Assembly: GCA_963814585.1 (NCBI GenBank)
Contig: CAWFDF010000004.1
Span: forward strand, 512,001 to 576,000
Direction of reading: 5' to 3'
DNA length: 64,000 nt
Source of the DNA: an uncultured delta proteobacterium
Lineage (GTDB): Bacteria; Myxococcota; Myxococcia; Myxococcales; Anaeromyxobacteraceae
Numbering within the stretch: position 1 is the first letter of the stretch; each line of letters starts with the position of its first letter. Of the stretch, positions 35,332 to 45,900 are shown piece after piece. Both the position numbers and the translations under genes were made by a program. A model generated the notes under the pieces. That model did not search any database and was not told where the DNA came from. It was given only the letters and a program-made list of their open reading frames with translations.

Positions 35332-36471
35332 ATGCCCCCTCCCTTCGGCGTCTACGTCCACTTCCCCTACTGCGCCCACCGCTGCCCGTACTGCGACTTC
35401 GCGGTGACCACCCGGCCGGTGCCGGCCGGCGGCCGGTACGCGCGCGCGGTGCTGGCCGAGCTGGCGCTGCGGGCGGCGCCCTTCGACGGCCTCGAGTGCG
35501 TCAGCCTCTACCTCGGCGGCGGCACGCCCTCGCGCTGGGCGACGGAGGAGGTGGCGGCGGTGGTGGCCGGCGTGCGCGACCGCTGCAGGCTCCGCGACGA
35601 CGCCGAGGTGACCATCGAGGCCAACCCGGAGTCCTGCGACCGGGCCCGGCTGCTGGCCTGGCGCGCCGCGGGCGTCAACCGGGTCTCCATCGGCGTCCAG
35701 TCGTTCGACCCCGGGGTGCTGGCGCAGCTGGGGCGGCGCCACGACGGCGAGTCGGCGGCCCGCGCCATCGCCACGGCCGCCGCCGTGATCCCCAGCGTCA
35801 GCGTGGATCTCATCCAGGCGTCGCGCCGCTCCTCGGTGGCCGTCGCCGCCGCCGACGCGGCCCGGGCGGTGGCCTGCGGCGCCGGCCACGTCTCGGCCTA
35901 CGGCCTCACCCTGGATCCCGCGGTGATGGCCGAGGAGGTGCCGCTGGCCCGCGCCGCCCGCACCGGCCGGCTCGACTTCCCCGGCGACGAGGAGGCGCTG
36001 GCCCAGGCCCGGGCCGCCCGCGGCGCGCTGCGGGCCGCCGGGCTGCGCCGCTACGAGGTCTCCAACTTCGCTCGCCCCGGGCGGGAGTCGCGCCACAACC
36101 TCCTCTACTGGGAGGGCGAGAGCTACCTCGGGATCGGGGCCGGCGCGGCCGGCTGCCGGCGCGGTCCCGACGGCGGCGTCCGCTGGCAGAACCTGCGCGA
36201 CGCCGACGCCTGGCTGGCCGCGGTCGAGGCGGGGCACCTGCCCACCGGCGAGGAGGACCGGTTCGACGCCGCCGCCGACCGCAACGAGCGGATCATGCTG
36301 GGCCTGCGTACCGTCCGCGGCATCCCGCTCGGGCTGATCGACCCGTCGAAGGCCGGCGAGGTGGCGGCGCTGCGCCGGCGGCGGCTGGCGGTGGTGCGAT
36401 GTGGACGGCTGGTGCTCACCAGCCGCGGGCTCGAGCTGCAGAGCGCGGTGGCGGAGCGGCTGTTCGCCTGA
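35332..36471 (+). CDS. hemW: Radical SAM heme chaperone HemW (HemN-like)
   Basis: YVHFPYCAHRCPYCDF, GGGTPS, EANP, NRVSIGVQSF, YEVSNF, HNLLYW. Confidence 0.92.
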   Translation: MPPPFGVYVHFPYCAHRCPYCDFAVTTRPVPAGGRYARAVLAELALRAAPFDGLECVSLYLGGGTPSRWATEEVAAVVAGVRDRCRLRDDAEVTIEANPESCDRARLLAWRAAGVNRVSIGVQSFDPGVLAQLGRRHDGESAARAIATAAAVIPSVSVDLIQASRRSSVAVAAADAARAVACGAGHVSAYGLTLDPAVMAEEVPLARAARTGRLDFPGDEEALAQARAARGALRAAGLRRYEVSNFARPGRESRHNLLYWEGESYLGIGAGAAGCRRGPDGGVRWQNLRDADAWLAAVEAGHLPTGEEDRFDAAADRNERIMLGLRTVRGIPLGLIDPSKAGEVAALRRRRLAVVRCGRLVLTSRGLELQSAVAERLFA

Positions 36472-36490
36472 GTGCGGGGCCCGCGCCCCG

Positions 36491-36985
36491 TCAGGCCTTG
36501 CCGCGCTTGCCCATCTTCGAGTCGAGATACCAGATGCCGCCGCCCTGATCGCCCACCGCCCGGAGGTGGTCGACGACCTGGCTGACGGTCGCCTCCTCCT
36601 CCACCTGCTCGGTGACGTACCACTGGAGCGTGATCTCGCTCGCGTAGTCCTTCTCGTCCCGGGCCGTCGCGAAGAGCCCGCCGATCTTCCCCGTGATGCT
36701 CTTCTCGTGGGCCAGGGTCTGCTCGAAGACCTGCAGGATGCTCCCGAAGTCGGTCCGTGGAGCGGGGATCGGCTGGAGCTCGAGCCTCCCGCCCCGGTCG
36801 AGGAGGAAGTCGACGAGCTTCACGGCGTGGGCGGTCTCCTCGCCGGCCTGAACCCGGAGCCAGTGGGCGAAGCCCTTGAAGCTCTTCCCTTCGCAGTGGG
36901 CGCTCATCGCGAGGTAGAGCTGGGCCGAGTACTGCTCGGTGTTGATCTGGGCGTTCAGCGCGTCCTGCATCGTCTTGCTGATCAT
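36491..36985 (-). CDS. ftnA: Non-heme ferritin
   Basis: LNAQINTEQYSAQLYLAMS, EETAHA, HEKSIT, LQWYVTEQVEEE. Confidence 0.93.
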   Translation of the reverse strand: MISKTMQDALNAQINTEQYSAQLYLAMSAHCEGKSFKGFAHWLRVQAGEETAHAVKLVDFLLDRGGRLELQPIPAPRTDFGSILQVFEQTLAHEKSITGKIGGLFATARDEKDYASEITLQWYVTEQVEEEATVSQVVDHLRAVGDQGGGIWYLDSKMGKRGKA

Positions 36986-37106
36986 GTCGGTGGTCCTCGC
37001 GTTCGAGATCTTGCGTTCGGGCAGGCTTCGCGACCCGCCGCCTGGATCCGATAACGTGGCGTTCGGCGGCGTCAACCTCCGGATGCGGCGCCCTCCGCCT
37101 CCCGGC

Positions 37107-40100
37107 CTACCTGGAGTGGGTGAACGTGTCGACCAGCTGCCAGCCGGCGTGGGAGTCGTTCTCCCATTCCTCGGCGGTGAGCGTCATCGAGACCGGGTCC
37201 ACCGCCAGGCGCAGGTAGGCCGCGCCGTCGTGGTCGGTGTAGCCGGGCGAGACGAACTGATCGTAGATGCTGGTCTGGATGATGTAGGCGATCCCGTTGG
37301 TGACCGACACGGCGTTGTCGTGCGCATGCCCGGCCACGGCGGCGATCACGCCGTACGGGGCGGCCTCGAGCACGGCCCGCACCTCGGCCTGGTTGTCGAT
37401 CCAGTCGTGGGACCGGGAGACCGGGTAGTCCGTGCCGAGCGTCTGGTGGCTGAAGACGACGGACGGCCTGGTGGTCGCGGCGAGGTCGGCCTGGAGCCAG
37501 GCGATCTCGGCCGGAGGGAGGTGGCCCCAGTTGTCGGGAAAGTTCCCGCCCATGGTGTCGATGCGGACGTCGGTGTCCGAGTGGTACTGGGCGTCGAGCA
37601 GGATGACGTGGAGCCCGCCGACGTCGAACGATCCGTAGCCCAGGCCGGCCTGCCACTTGCCGCGCACCGAGGCCGGCCACGCGGCGCGGGCCTCCGCGAA
37701 CGTCATGCTGTTCTCCGAGTCGTGGTTGCCGAAGGTGTAGGATCGCTCTCCGGTCACCGAGGCCAGCTGCGCCAGGTAGACGTCGTTGACGTTGACGGCG
37801 TACCCGGCCGCGTCGTCGTCGTCGAGGTCGCCGCAGCTCTGCACCAGGTCCGGCTGCCAGGAGGCGAGGTGCGCCGCGACGTCACCGAGGAGCCGAGGGT
37901 CGGAGGCCTCGAGGTGGACGTCGTTGATCACCGCGATGTTCACGGTCGTCGCGGCCCGCACGCCCAGGACCGCGCTGCCGCTCGCCGTCTGCCCGCCGAA
38001 GCCGTCGCTGACCACCACGTGGAAGACGGCGCCGGCATCCGCCAGCGTGACCGGCGGCGTCAGGTAGTCCGCCGCGACGGCGCCAGGCACCACGGCGCCG
38101 TCCCGGTGCCACTGGTAGGCGACCTGGCCCGTGCCCGTCGCCGTGACGTGGAAGCCAGCCGTCGCGCCCACGTCGACCACCAGCGAGGCCGGGCCGCTGA
38201 CGATCACGGGAGGCGGTGGTGCGACCACCCGGATGGAGACGCTGGCCTGGGTGCTGCCGCCGGTGTTCCCGGCGGTGACCGTGTAGGTGGAGGCCGCCGC
38301 CACCGCCGACGGCGTGCCGGCGATGGCGCCGGTGGAGCTGCTCAGGGAGAGCCCGGGGGGCAGGTCCGGCGACACGGCGTACCAGACCACCGCGCCGCCG
38401 GCGCTGCCGGGGCGGTTCGGCGCGATGGCCGACCCGCCGACGTAGACCACCGGCGTGGCGTAGGTGAGCGCGCTCGGGGCCAGGTCGTTGACGGTGACGT
38501 CCAGGATCGCGGTCGTCGCTCCCCCGGCGTTGGTGGCCGTGACGGTGTAGGAGCGGCGCGGAACGATGCCGGAAGGCGTCCCGCTCACCACGCCGGTCGC
38601 CGGGTCGAGGTCGAGCCCAGCGGGGAGCCCGGGGGACACCGAGTACCCGACGACGTGCCCACCCAGGTTGCTCGGCAGGTTGGGCGCGATCGCCACGCCT
38701 CTCGTGTAGACCGGCGCCATGCTGGAGTAGGTCAGGACCACCGGGGCCTGCGCCGGCGTGACGTGGTTCGATGGCGCGCTCAGCGGGCCGTCACCGACGG
38801 CGGTCGAGGCCAGCACCTGGAAGGAGTAGGTGGTCTCGTTCGTCAGGTCGGTGATGGTGGCCGAGGTCTCGGCGAACGCGATGAAGGCGGCCGGCGCGGG
38901 AGGCGTGACGGCGACCTCGTAGCGGGTCACGGGCCTGCCACCGGTGGAGGCGGGCGCCGTCCAGCTGAGGAAGGCGCTCCCGTCGGAGGCGACCGCCACC
39001 AGGCCAGTCGGGGCCCCGGGCAGGCCCGGGGTGGTGGCGGGCGCCGAGGGGAGCGAGGCCGGCCCGGGACCGATCGCGTTGGAGGCCCTCACCGTGAACG
39101 TGTAGGCGGTGCCGTTGGCGAGCCCCGACACGGTGGCGCTGGTGCCCGTCGCCGCCGCGGTGGCGCCGCCTGGGGACGCCGTCACCGTGTAGCCGGTGAT
39201 GGCGCTGCCGTTGTCGGGTGGCGCCGTCCAGCTCACCGTGGCGCTGCGGACGTCGGCGACCGCGGCCACGCCGGTCGGCGCGCCCGGCGTGGTGGCCGGC
39301 GTCACCGCGGCCGACGCCAGGGACTCCGGGCCGGTCCCGGCCGCGTTCACGGCTGCCACGGTGAAGGTGTAGCTGGTGCCGTTGGCGAGCCCTGCGAACG
39401 TGGTGCTGGTGCCGGCCGCCGGCCTGGTGGCGCCGCCGGGGCTGGCCGTGACGGTGTAGCCGGTGACCGGGCTGCCGCCGTCCGAGCCGGGCGCCGTCCA
39501 CGTCAGCATCACCGTGGCGTCGCCCGCGACGGCGACCGGCCGGCCGGGGGCGGTCGGAACCGTGTACGGCGTCACCGGTGGCGAGGCCGCGCTCACCGGG
39601 CCATCGCCGACCGCGCTGCTGGCGAAGACCCGGAAGACGTACGGGGTGCCGTTGGTGAGGCCGGAGACGGTGGCGCTGGTGCCCGTCACGGTCCTGGTGG
39701 CGCCGCCCGGAGAGACCGTCACCGTGTACCCGGTGATGGCGCTGCCGTTGCTCGCAGGGGCGTTCCAGCCGAGGGAGACGGTCCCGTCGGAGGGGACCGC
39801 GACCAGGCCGGACGGCGCCCCTGGCACGTCCGGGGTGGTGACGGCGCCGAGCGACGACGCCGAGGCCGGGCCGGTGCCGTTCGCGTTGGAGGCCCTCACC
39901 GTGAACGTGTAGGCGGTGCCGTTGGCGAGCCCGGACACGGTGGCGCTGGTGCCCATCGCCGCCGCGGTGACGCCGCCTGGGGACGCCGTCACCGTGTAGC
40001 CGGTGATGGCGCTGCCGTTGTCGGGTGGCGCCGTCCAGCTCACCGTGGCGCTGCGGACATCGGCGACCGCGGCCACGCCGGTCGGCGCGCCCGGCGTGGT

Positions 40101-42635
40101 CGCCGGCGTCACGGCAGCCGACGCCGGGGAGGCCGGCCCGGCCCCGGCGGCATTGCTGGCGGTGACCGTGAACGTGTAGCTGGTCCCGTTGGCGAGCCCC
40201 GCGAACGTGATCCCGGTCGTGGTCGCGGAGCGGGTGGCGCCGCCGGGGCTGGCCGTGACCGTGTACCCGGTGACCGGGCTGCCGCCGTCCGAGCCGGGCG
40301 CCGTCCACGTCAGCATCACCGTGGCGTCGCCCGCGACGGCGACCGGCCGGCCGGGGGCGGTCGGAACCGTGTACGGCGTCACCGGTGGCGAGGCAGCACT
40401 GGAAGGGCCATCGCCGACCGCGTTGCTGGCGAGGACCTGGAACGCGTACGCGGTGCCATTGGCGAGGCCGGAGACCACGGCGCCGGTTCCCGTGACGCTG
40501 AAGGTCGCCGAGGGCGCGGCCGGACTGACCAGCACCGTGTAGCCGGTGAGCGGGCGGCCGCCCGTGCTCGCGGGGGCGCTCCAGCTGAGGGACGCCGACT
40601 GGTCTCCCGGAGCGGCCACCAGGTTCCCCGGCGCCCCTGGCACGTCCGGGGTGGTGACCGCCAGCGACGCCGCCGAGGCCGGGCCGGTGCCGTTCGCGTT
40701 GGAGGCCCTCACCGTGAACGTGTAGGCGGTGCCGTTGGCGAGCCCCGACACGGTGGCGCTGGTGCCCATCGCCGCCGCGGTGACGCCGCCTGGGGACGCC
40801 GTCACCGTGTAGCCGGTGATGGCGCTCCCGCCGTCGCTGCCGGGCGCCGTCCAGCTCACCGTGGCGCTGCGGACGTCGGCGACCGCGGCCACGCCCGTCG
40901 GCGCGCCCGGCGTGGTCGCCGGCGTCACGGCAGCCGACGCCGGGGAGGCCGGCCCGGCCCCGGCGGCATTGCTGGCGGTGACCGTGAACGTGTAGCTGGT
41001 CCCGTTGGCGAGCCCCGCGAACGTGATCCCGGTCGTGGTCGCGGAGCGGGTGGCGCCGCCGGGGCTGGCCGTGACCGTGTACCCGGTGACCGGGCTGCCG
41101 CCGTCCGAGCCGGGCGCCGTCCACGTCAGCATCACCGTGGCGTCGCCCGCGACGGCGACCGGCCGGCCGGGGGCGGTCGGAACCGTGTACGGCGTCACCG
41201 GAGGCGAGGCCGCGCTCACCGGTCCATCGCCAACGGCAGAGGTAGCGTACACGCCGAAGGCGTAGGACGTCCCGTTGGCGAGGCCGGAGACCACGGCGCC
41301 GGTTCCCGTGACGCTGAAGGTCGCCGAGGGCGCGGCCGGACTGACCAGCACCGTGTAGCCGGTGAGCGGGCGGCCGCCCGTGCTCGCGGGGGCGCTCCAG
41401 CTGAGGGACGCCGACTGGTCTCCCGGAGCGGCCACCAGGTTCCCCGGCGCCCCTGGCACGTCCGGGGTGGTGACCGCCGGCGACGCCGCCGAGGCCGGGC
41501 CGGTGCCGTTCGCGTTGGAGGCCCTCACCGTGAACGTGTAGGCGGTGCCGTTGGCGAGCCCGCGACACGGTGGCGCTGGTGCCCGTCGCGGCCGCGGTGG
41601 CGCCGCCCGGGGACGACCGTCACCGTGTAGCCGGTGATGGCGCTCCCGCCGTCGCTGCCCGGCGCCGTCCAGCTCACCGTGGCGCTGCGGACGTCGGCGA
41701 CCGCGGCCACGCCGGTCGGCGCGCCCGGCATGGTCGCCGGCGTCACGGCAGCCGACGCCGGGGAGGCCGGCCCGGCCCCGGCGGCATTGCTGGCGGTGAC
41801 CGTGAACGTGTAGCTGGTCCCGTTGGCGAGCCCGGTGAAGGTGATCCCGGTGCTGGTCGCGGAGCGGGTGGCGCCGCCGGGGCTGGCCGTGACCGTGTAC
41901 CCGGTGACCGGGCTGCCGCCGTCCGAGCCGGGCGCGGTCCACGTCAGCATCACCGCGGCGTCGCCCGCGACCGCGACCGGCCGGCCGGGGGCGGTCGGAA
42001 CCGTGTACGGCGTCACCGGCAGCGAGGCCGCGCTGGCCGGCCCGTCGCCGACCGCGTTGCTGGCGAGGACCTGGAACGCGTACGCGGTGCCATTGGCGAG
42101 GCCGGAGACCACGGCGCCGGTTCCCGTGACGCTGAAGGTCGCCGAGGGCGCGGCCGGACTGACCAGCACCGTGTAGCCGGTGAGCGGGCGGCCGCCCGTG
42201 CTCGCGGGGGCGCTCCAGCTGAGCGACGCCGACTGGTCTCCCGGAGCGGCCACCAGGTTCCCCGGCGCCCCTGGCACGTCCGGGGTGGTGACCGCCGGCG
42301 ACGCCGCCGAGGCCGGGCCGGTGCCGTTCGCGTTGGAGGCCCTCACCGTGAACGTGTAGGCGGTGCCGTTGAGGAGGCCGGAGACGGTGGCGCTGGTGCC
42401 CGTCGCCGCCGCGGTGGCGCCGCCCGGGGACGACCGTCACCGTGTAGCCGGTGATGGCGCTCCCGCCGTCGCTGCCCGGCGCCGCCCAGCTCACCGTGGC
42501 GCTGCGGACGCCGGCGACCGCGGCCACGCCGGTCGGCGCGCCCGGCGCCGTGGCCGACGGAGTCGGATCGGCCCCTCCACACGCCGAGATCGCCGAGGCG
42601 ACCACCGCGACCGCGAGAGCGCGAAGCCCGGTCAA
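37107..42635 (-). CDS. Giant lipoprotein (~1841 aa): 14 FN3 domains, 2 putative-Ig domains, Ig domain, C-terminal calcineurin-like metallophosphoesterase; three +1 indels (~42432, ~41615, ~41562)
   Basis: Lipobox ISAC after TTG and a GGGAG RBS; FN3 motifs W.AP..DGGS.ITGY.V / GL.NGT.YTF.V.A.N..G.G; phosphoesterase motifs DVH, GD, GNHD, SH, GHAH. Confidence 0.88.
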   Translation of the reverse strand: MTGLRALAVAVVASAISACGGADPTPSATAPGAPTGVAAVAGVRSATVSWAAPGSDGGSAITGYTVTVVPGRRHRGGDGHQRHRLRPPQRHRLHVHGEGLQRERHRPGLGGVAGGHHPGRARGAGEPGGRSGRPVGVAQLERPREHGRPPAHRLHGAGQSGRALGDLQRHGNRRRGLRPRQWHRVRVPGPRQQRGRRRAGQRGLAAGDAVHGSDRPRPAGRGRGRRRGDADVDRARLGRRQPGHRVHGHGQPRRRHPLRDQHRDHLHRARQRDQLHVHGHRQQCRRGRAGLPGVGCRDAGDHAGRADRRGRGRRRPQRHGELDGAGQRRRERHHRLHGDGRPRAAPPRPRRAPAPPCRGLANGTAYTFTVRASNANGTGPASAASPAVTTPDVPGAPGNLVAAPGDQSASLSWSAPASTGGRPLTGYTVLVSPAAPSATFSVTGTGAVVSGLANGTSYAFGVYATSAVGDGPVSAASPPVTPYTVPTAPGRPVAVAGDATVMLTWTAPGSDGGSPVTGYTVTASPGGATRSATTTGITFAGLANGTSYTFTVTASNAAGAGPASPASAAVTPATTPGAPTGVAAVADVRSATVSWTAPGSDGGSAITGYTVTASPGGVTAAAMGTSATVSGLANGTAYTFTVRASNANGTGPASAASLAVTTPDVPGAPGNLVAAPGDQSASLSWSAPASTGGRPLTGYTVLVSPAAPSATFSVTGTGAVVSGLANGTAYAFQVLASNAVGDGPSSAASPPVTPYTVPTAPGRPVAVAGDATVMLTWTAPGSDGGSPVTGYTVTASPGGATRSATTTGITFAGLANGTSYTFTVTASNAAGAGPASPASAAVTPATTPGAPTGVAAVADVRSATVSWTAPPDNGSAITGYTVTASPGGVTAAAMGTSATVSGLANGTAYTFTVRASNANGTGPASASSLGAVTTPDVPGAPSGLVAVPSDGTVSLGWNAPASNGSAITGYTVTVSPGGATRTVTGTSATVSGLTNGTPYVFRVFASSAVGDGPVSAASPPVTPYTVPTAPGRPVAVAGDATVMLTWTAPGSDGGSPVTGYTVTASPGGATRPAAGTSTTFAGLANGTSYTFTVAAVNAAGTGPESLASAAVTPATTPGAPTGVAAVADVRSATVSWTAPPDNGSAITGYTVTASPGGATAAATGTSATVSGLANGTAYTFTVRASNAIGPGPASLPSAPATTPGLPGAPTGLVAVASDGSAFLSWTAPASTGGRPVTRYEVAVTPPAPAAFIAFAETSATITDLTNETTYSFQVLASTAVGDGPLSAPSNHVTPAQAPVVLTYSSMAPVYTRGVAIAPNLPSNLGGHVVGYSVSPGLPAGLDLDPATGVVSGTPSGIVPRRSYTVTATNAGGATTAILDVTVNDLAPSALTYATPVVYVGGSAIAPNRPGSAGGAVVWYAVSPDLPPGLSLSSSTGAIAGTPSAVAAASTYTVTAGNTGGSTQASVSIRVVAPPPPVIVSGPASLVVDVGATAGFHVTATGTGQVAYQWHRDGAVVPGAVAADYLTPPVTLADAGAVFHVVVSDGFGGQTASGSAVLGVRAATTVNIAVINDVHLEASDPRLLGDVAAHLASWQPDLVQSCGDLDDDDAAGYAVNVNDVYLAQLASVTGERSYTFGNHDSENSMTFAEARAAWPASVRGKWQAGLGYGSFDVGGLHVILLDAQYHSDTDVRIDTMGGNFPDNWGHLPPAEIAWLQADLAATTRPSVVFSHQTLGTDYPVSRSHDWIDNQAEVRAVLEAAPYGVIAAVAGHAHDNAVSVTNGIAYIIQTSIYDQFVSPGYTDHDGAAYLRLAVDPVSMTLTAEEWENDSHAGWQLVDTFTHSR
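38760..42550 (-). repeat. Intragenic tandem repeat of an ~816-bp unit (3 FN3 domains), about 4.7 copies
   Basis: The anchor GTCGGCGCGCCCGGC recurs at about 42532, 41715, 40897, 40081 and 39274 with near-identical DNA in between. Confidence 0.9.
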
Positions 42636-42905
42636 GAATCTCCCCCCACCCCGTGAAAGCTATTCGGCGATACCGGCAGCGCAACCCCGGGAAGCATACC
42701 CACAGGTGCCCACCTCATGAATCCGGTCCGTGCGTCCATCGATCAAGGGGCAAGCGGCCGGCCTGGGTCGAGGAGAGACCTGCCCTGCGCGAAGGCGCGC
42801 AGCCGGCCGGGAGCCGGAGTCGGTCCGCTGCCAGGGACCGATCGCGGCGCTGGCGCCGGCCACCTGGTCCAGGTTCGGCCTGCCGCCAGCTTCGGGGACG
42901 GGCGC

Positions 42906-42929
42906 CCCTCACCGGGCAAGCGGTGAGGG
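42906..42929 (-). terminator. Hairpin downstream of the giant adhesin gene
   Basis: CCCTCACCG-GGCAAG-CGGTGAGGG, 9-bp stem, 19 nt after the stop. Confidence 0.55.
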
Positions 42930-42947
42930 ACGGTCGTCATCGGCAGA

Positions 42948-45900
42948 TCACGGCCGCCGCGCGGTCATCCCCTGGGGGGAGCGGCGGCGCCCCATCAGCG
43001 CCAGGAGCACGAGGGCGAGGAGCCCCACGGGGGCGCCCTGGCCGGAGGAGGTGCAGCCGCATCCGCCGGAGTCGGCCTTGGGCGCCGCGGGCGGGACGCA
43101 GAGGCCGTCGGCGCAGGTGTCGCCCGCGGCGCAGTCGGCCGGGACCTGGCAGACCTCGATGCGGCTGACGTCGACCTCGGTGGTGAAGCGGCTGGTGAGC
43201 CCGCCGGACGCGACCTCGCACGCGAAGGTGTCGAGCCCGACGAAGCGACTCTGCGGCATGTAGCTGACGGAGTCGCCGGCCACGGAGGCCTGGCCGGACT
43301 GGGCCGGGCTGGCCAGCGTCACGGTGATCGGGTCACCGTCCGGGTCGTACCCGGCCACGAAGGGTGCGAGGAGCCTCTCCTGCTTGGTGGCGCGCCGCTT
43401 CCAGGCGTCGGAGAGGATCCAGGTGGCGCCGCTGGGAGCCGTGAGGGTGGCCTCGAGGTGGCTCGGGGCGGCGTCGAAGAGCGCGGCACCGCTGCCCTCG
43501 TCGAAGCGCCACAGGCCGAGGAGGCCACTGGCGTCACCGGGAACCGGCTGGCGCGCCGAGGCGGCCAGCTCGCTGGCGGTGCGGGCGCTGGACCAGAGCC
43601 GGAGCTCGTCCACCGTCCCGGCGAACCGGTCGGTGGCGGCGCCGGCGGACGGCGCGGCGCCGACGACGACCGGCTGCTGGGTGCCGCTCCCGAAGCCACC
43701 GCTGAGGGCGGCGGCCTCGACGCCGTCGAGGAAGAGCACCGTGCCGCCGTCGGCGGCGACGAGCGCCAGGTGGTGCCAGCTGGTGCCGATGGTCGCGCTG
43801 AAGTGGACCGCCTCGGCGCCGCGGCGGACGATCAGGCTGCCCCGGTCGGCGGAGAGGCAGAGGCCGAAGCGCAGCCCCGCGCCCTCGCCCTGCTGGACCA
43901 GGCACGCCGTGCCGGTCCCGGGCTGGGCCTTGAACCAGAGCTCCACGGTCCTGGCGCCATCGAGGGCCCCACCGGCATCCTGGATGCGGGCGTCCTGGGT
44001 CTCGCCGTCGAAGGTCACGGCATGGCCGGAGCCGGCCACCGGCGGGGAATCGGGCACCACCTGGCCGCCGGTGAGCGTGCCCGACGACGCCAGGAACTGG
44101 GCGTCGCCGGAGTAGTCGGCGGTGATCGGGTGCGTGCCCCGGGTGAGCGAACGGACCGTGACCGAGGCGACGCCGCCGGACAGGGTCCCGGTGCCGATCG
44201 CGGTGGCCCCGTCCACGAACGTCACGGTGCCGGTCGGCGCTCCGGCGCCGACCGTGGCGGCGACCGTGGCGGTGAAGGTGACGGGCTGGTTGGAGGTCGC
44301 CCCGGGGCGGGAGGACGACAAGGCGACGGCGGTGGTGGACTTGCCCACCACGTAGGTGAGCGTGGCCGGCGCCGCGGCCAGCACGTTGGCGTCCCCGGCG
44401 TAGGTGGCCGAGAGGGCATGGCTGCCGACCAGGAGGCCGCCCGGGAGGGAGATGGTGGCGGTCCCGCCGGCCAGGGTGCCCGTGCCGAGGACGGCCGGGC
44501 CGTCGAGCAGCGACACGGAGCCGGTCGGGACGGCGCCCGGCGCGGTGACCTGGACGACGAAGGCCAGCGGCTGGCCCGAGACCGGCGACGCCACCGAGGG
44601 GATGACGGTGGCCAGGGTGGTGGCCCTGGAGACCGTGATGGTGGCCTGGCTGGAGGCGGCGTCGTAGTTGGCGGTGCCGGCCTGGCTGGCGGAGAGCACG
44701 ACGGCGCCGGCGCCGGTGAGGCTGAGGGTGGAGCCGGCCAGGGAGGCAGGGCCGCTCACCACGGCGAAGGTGACGGCGGTGCCCGAGGCGCCGCCGGTGG
44801 CGAAGGGGGCGAGGTCGAAGGCGGCGTCCCCGTAGGTCTTGGTCGCCGGAGGGTTGAAGGCCACCGACTGGGTCGCCCTGGCGATGGAGAGGGAGCCGCT
44901 GGCGGACCCCTGGTGGTTGGCGTCGCTCACCGTGGCGACCACGGCGTAGGTGCCGGCGCTGGTGGGGGCGGTGGCGGAGCCGGCGTAGGTGACGTTCACC
45001 GTGAGGCCGGCCGGCGCGGTGGTGACGGCGGCGGCCTTGGGGGTGCCGTCGTAGGTGGCGGAGAGCGAGGCGGCCACCAGGGTGACGGTGGCCGTGGCCT
45101 TGCCGACCGTGATGGACCTCGGCACGTCGGCGGCGGCAGTGTAGTCGGCGCTCGCCGCCTGGCTGGCCGTGACCACGACCGTTCCCGCGCCGGTGATGGT
45201 GAGGGTGGTGCCGGCCAGGCTGCCCGGACCGCTGGTCACGGCGAAGGTGACCGGGTTGCCCGAGGCGGTGCCGGTGGCGAAGGTGGCGAGGTCGATGGGC
45301 ACGTCACCGAAGGTCCGGGTGGCCGGAGGGTTGAAGGCGATCGACTGGGCGGCCTTGGCGACCGTGATGCTGGCCGGGGCGACGGCGTCCGCGTAGTTGG
45401 CGTCACCCGCCTGGTGGGCCGTGACCACGACCGTGCCGGCGCCGGTGAAGGTGAGGAGGGAGCCGGACACGCTGCCCGGGCCGCTGGTCACGGCGAAGGT
45501 GACCGGGTTGCCCGAGGCGCCGCCGGTGGCGAACGGGGCCAGGTCGAGCGCGGCGTCGCCGAAGGTGGCGGTGGCGGGGGGCGTGAAGGCGATGGACTGG
45601 GCGGCCTGGTCGACCAGGATGGTGGCCTGGACGGGGGCCGCTTCGGCGTGGTTGGCGTCGCCGGCCTGGCTGGCGGTGAGGACCACCGAACCCGCGCCGG
45701 TGATGGTGAGGACGGAGCCGGCGAGCGAGCCGGGGCCGCTGGTCACGACGAAGGTGACGGGGTTGCCGGAGGCGCCACCGATGGCGAAGGCGGCCAGATC
45801 CACCGGGGCGCCGCCGAAGCCCATGGTGGGCGGCGGCGCGAAGGTGACGGACTGGGCGGCCTTGGCGATGGTGAGGGTGCCGGAGGCGGTGCCCTGGTGG

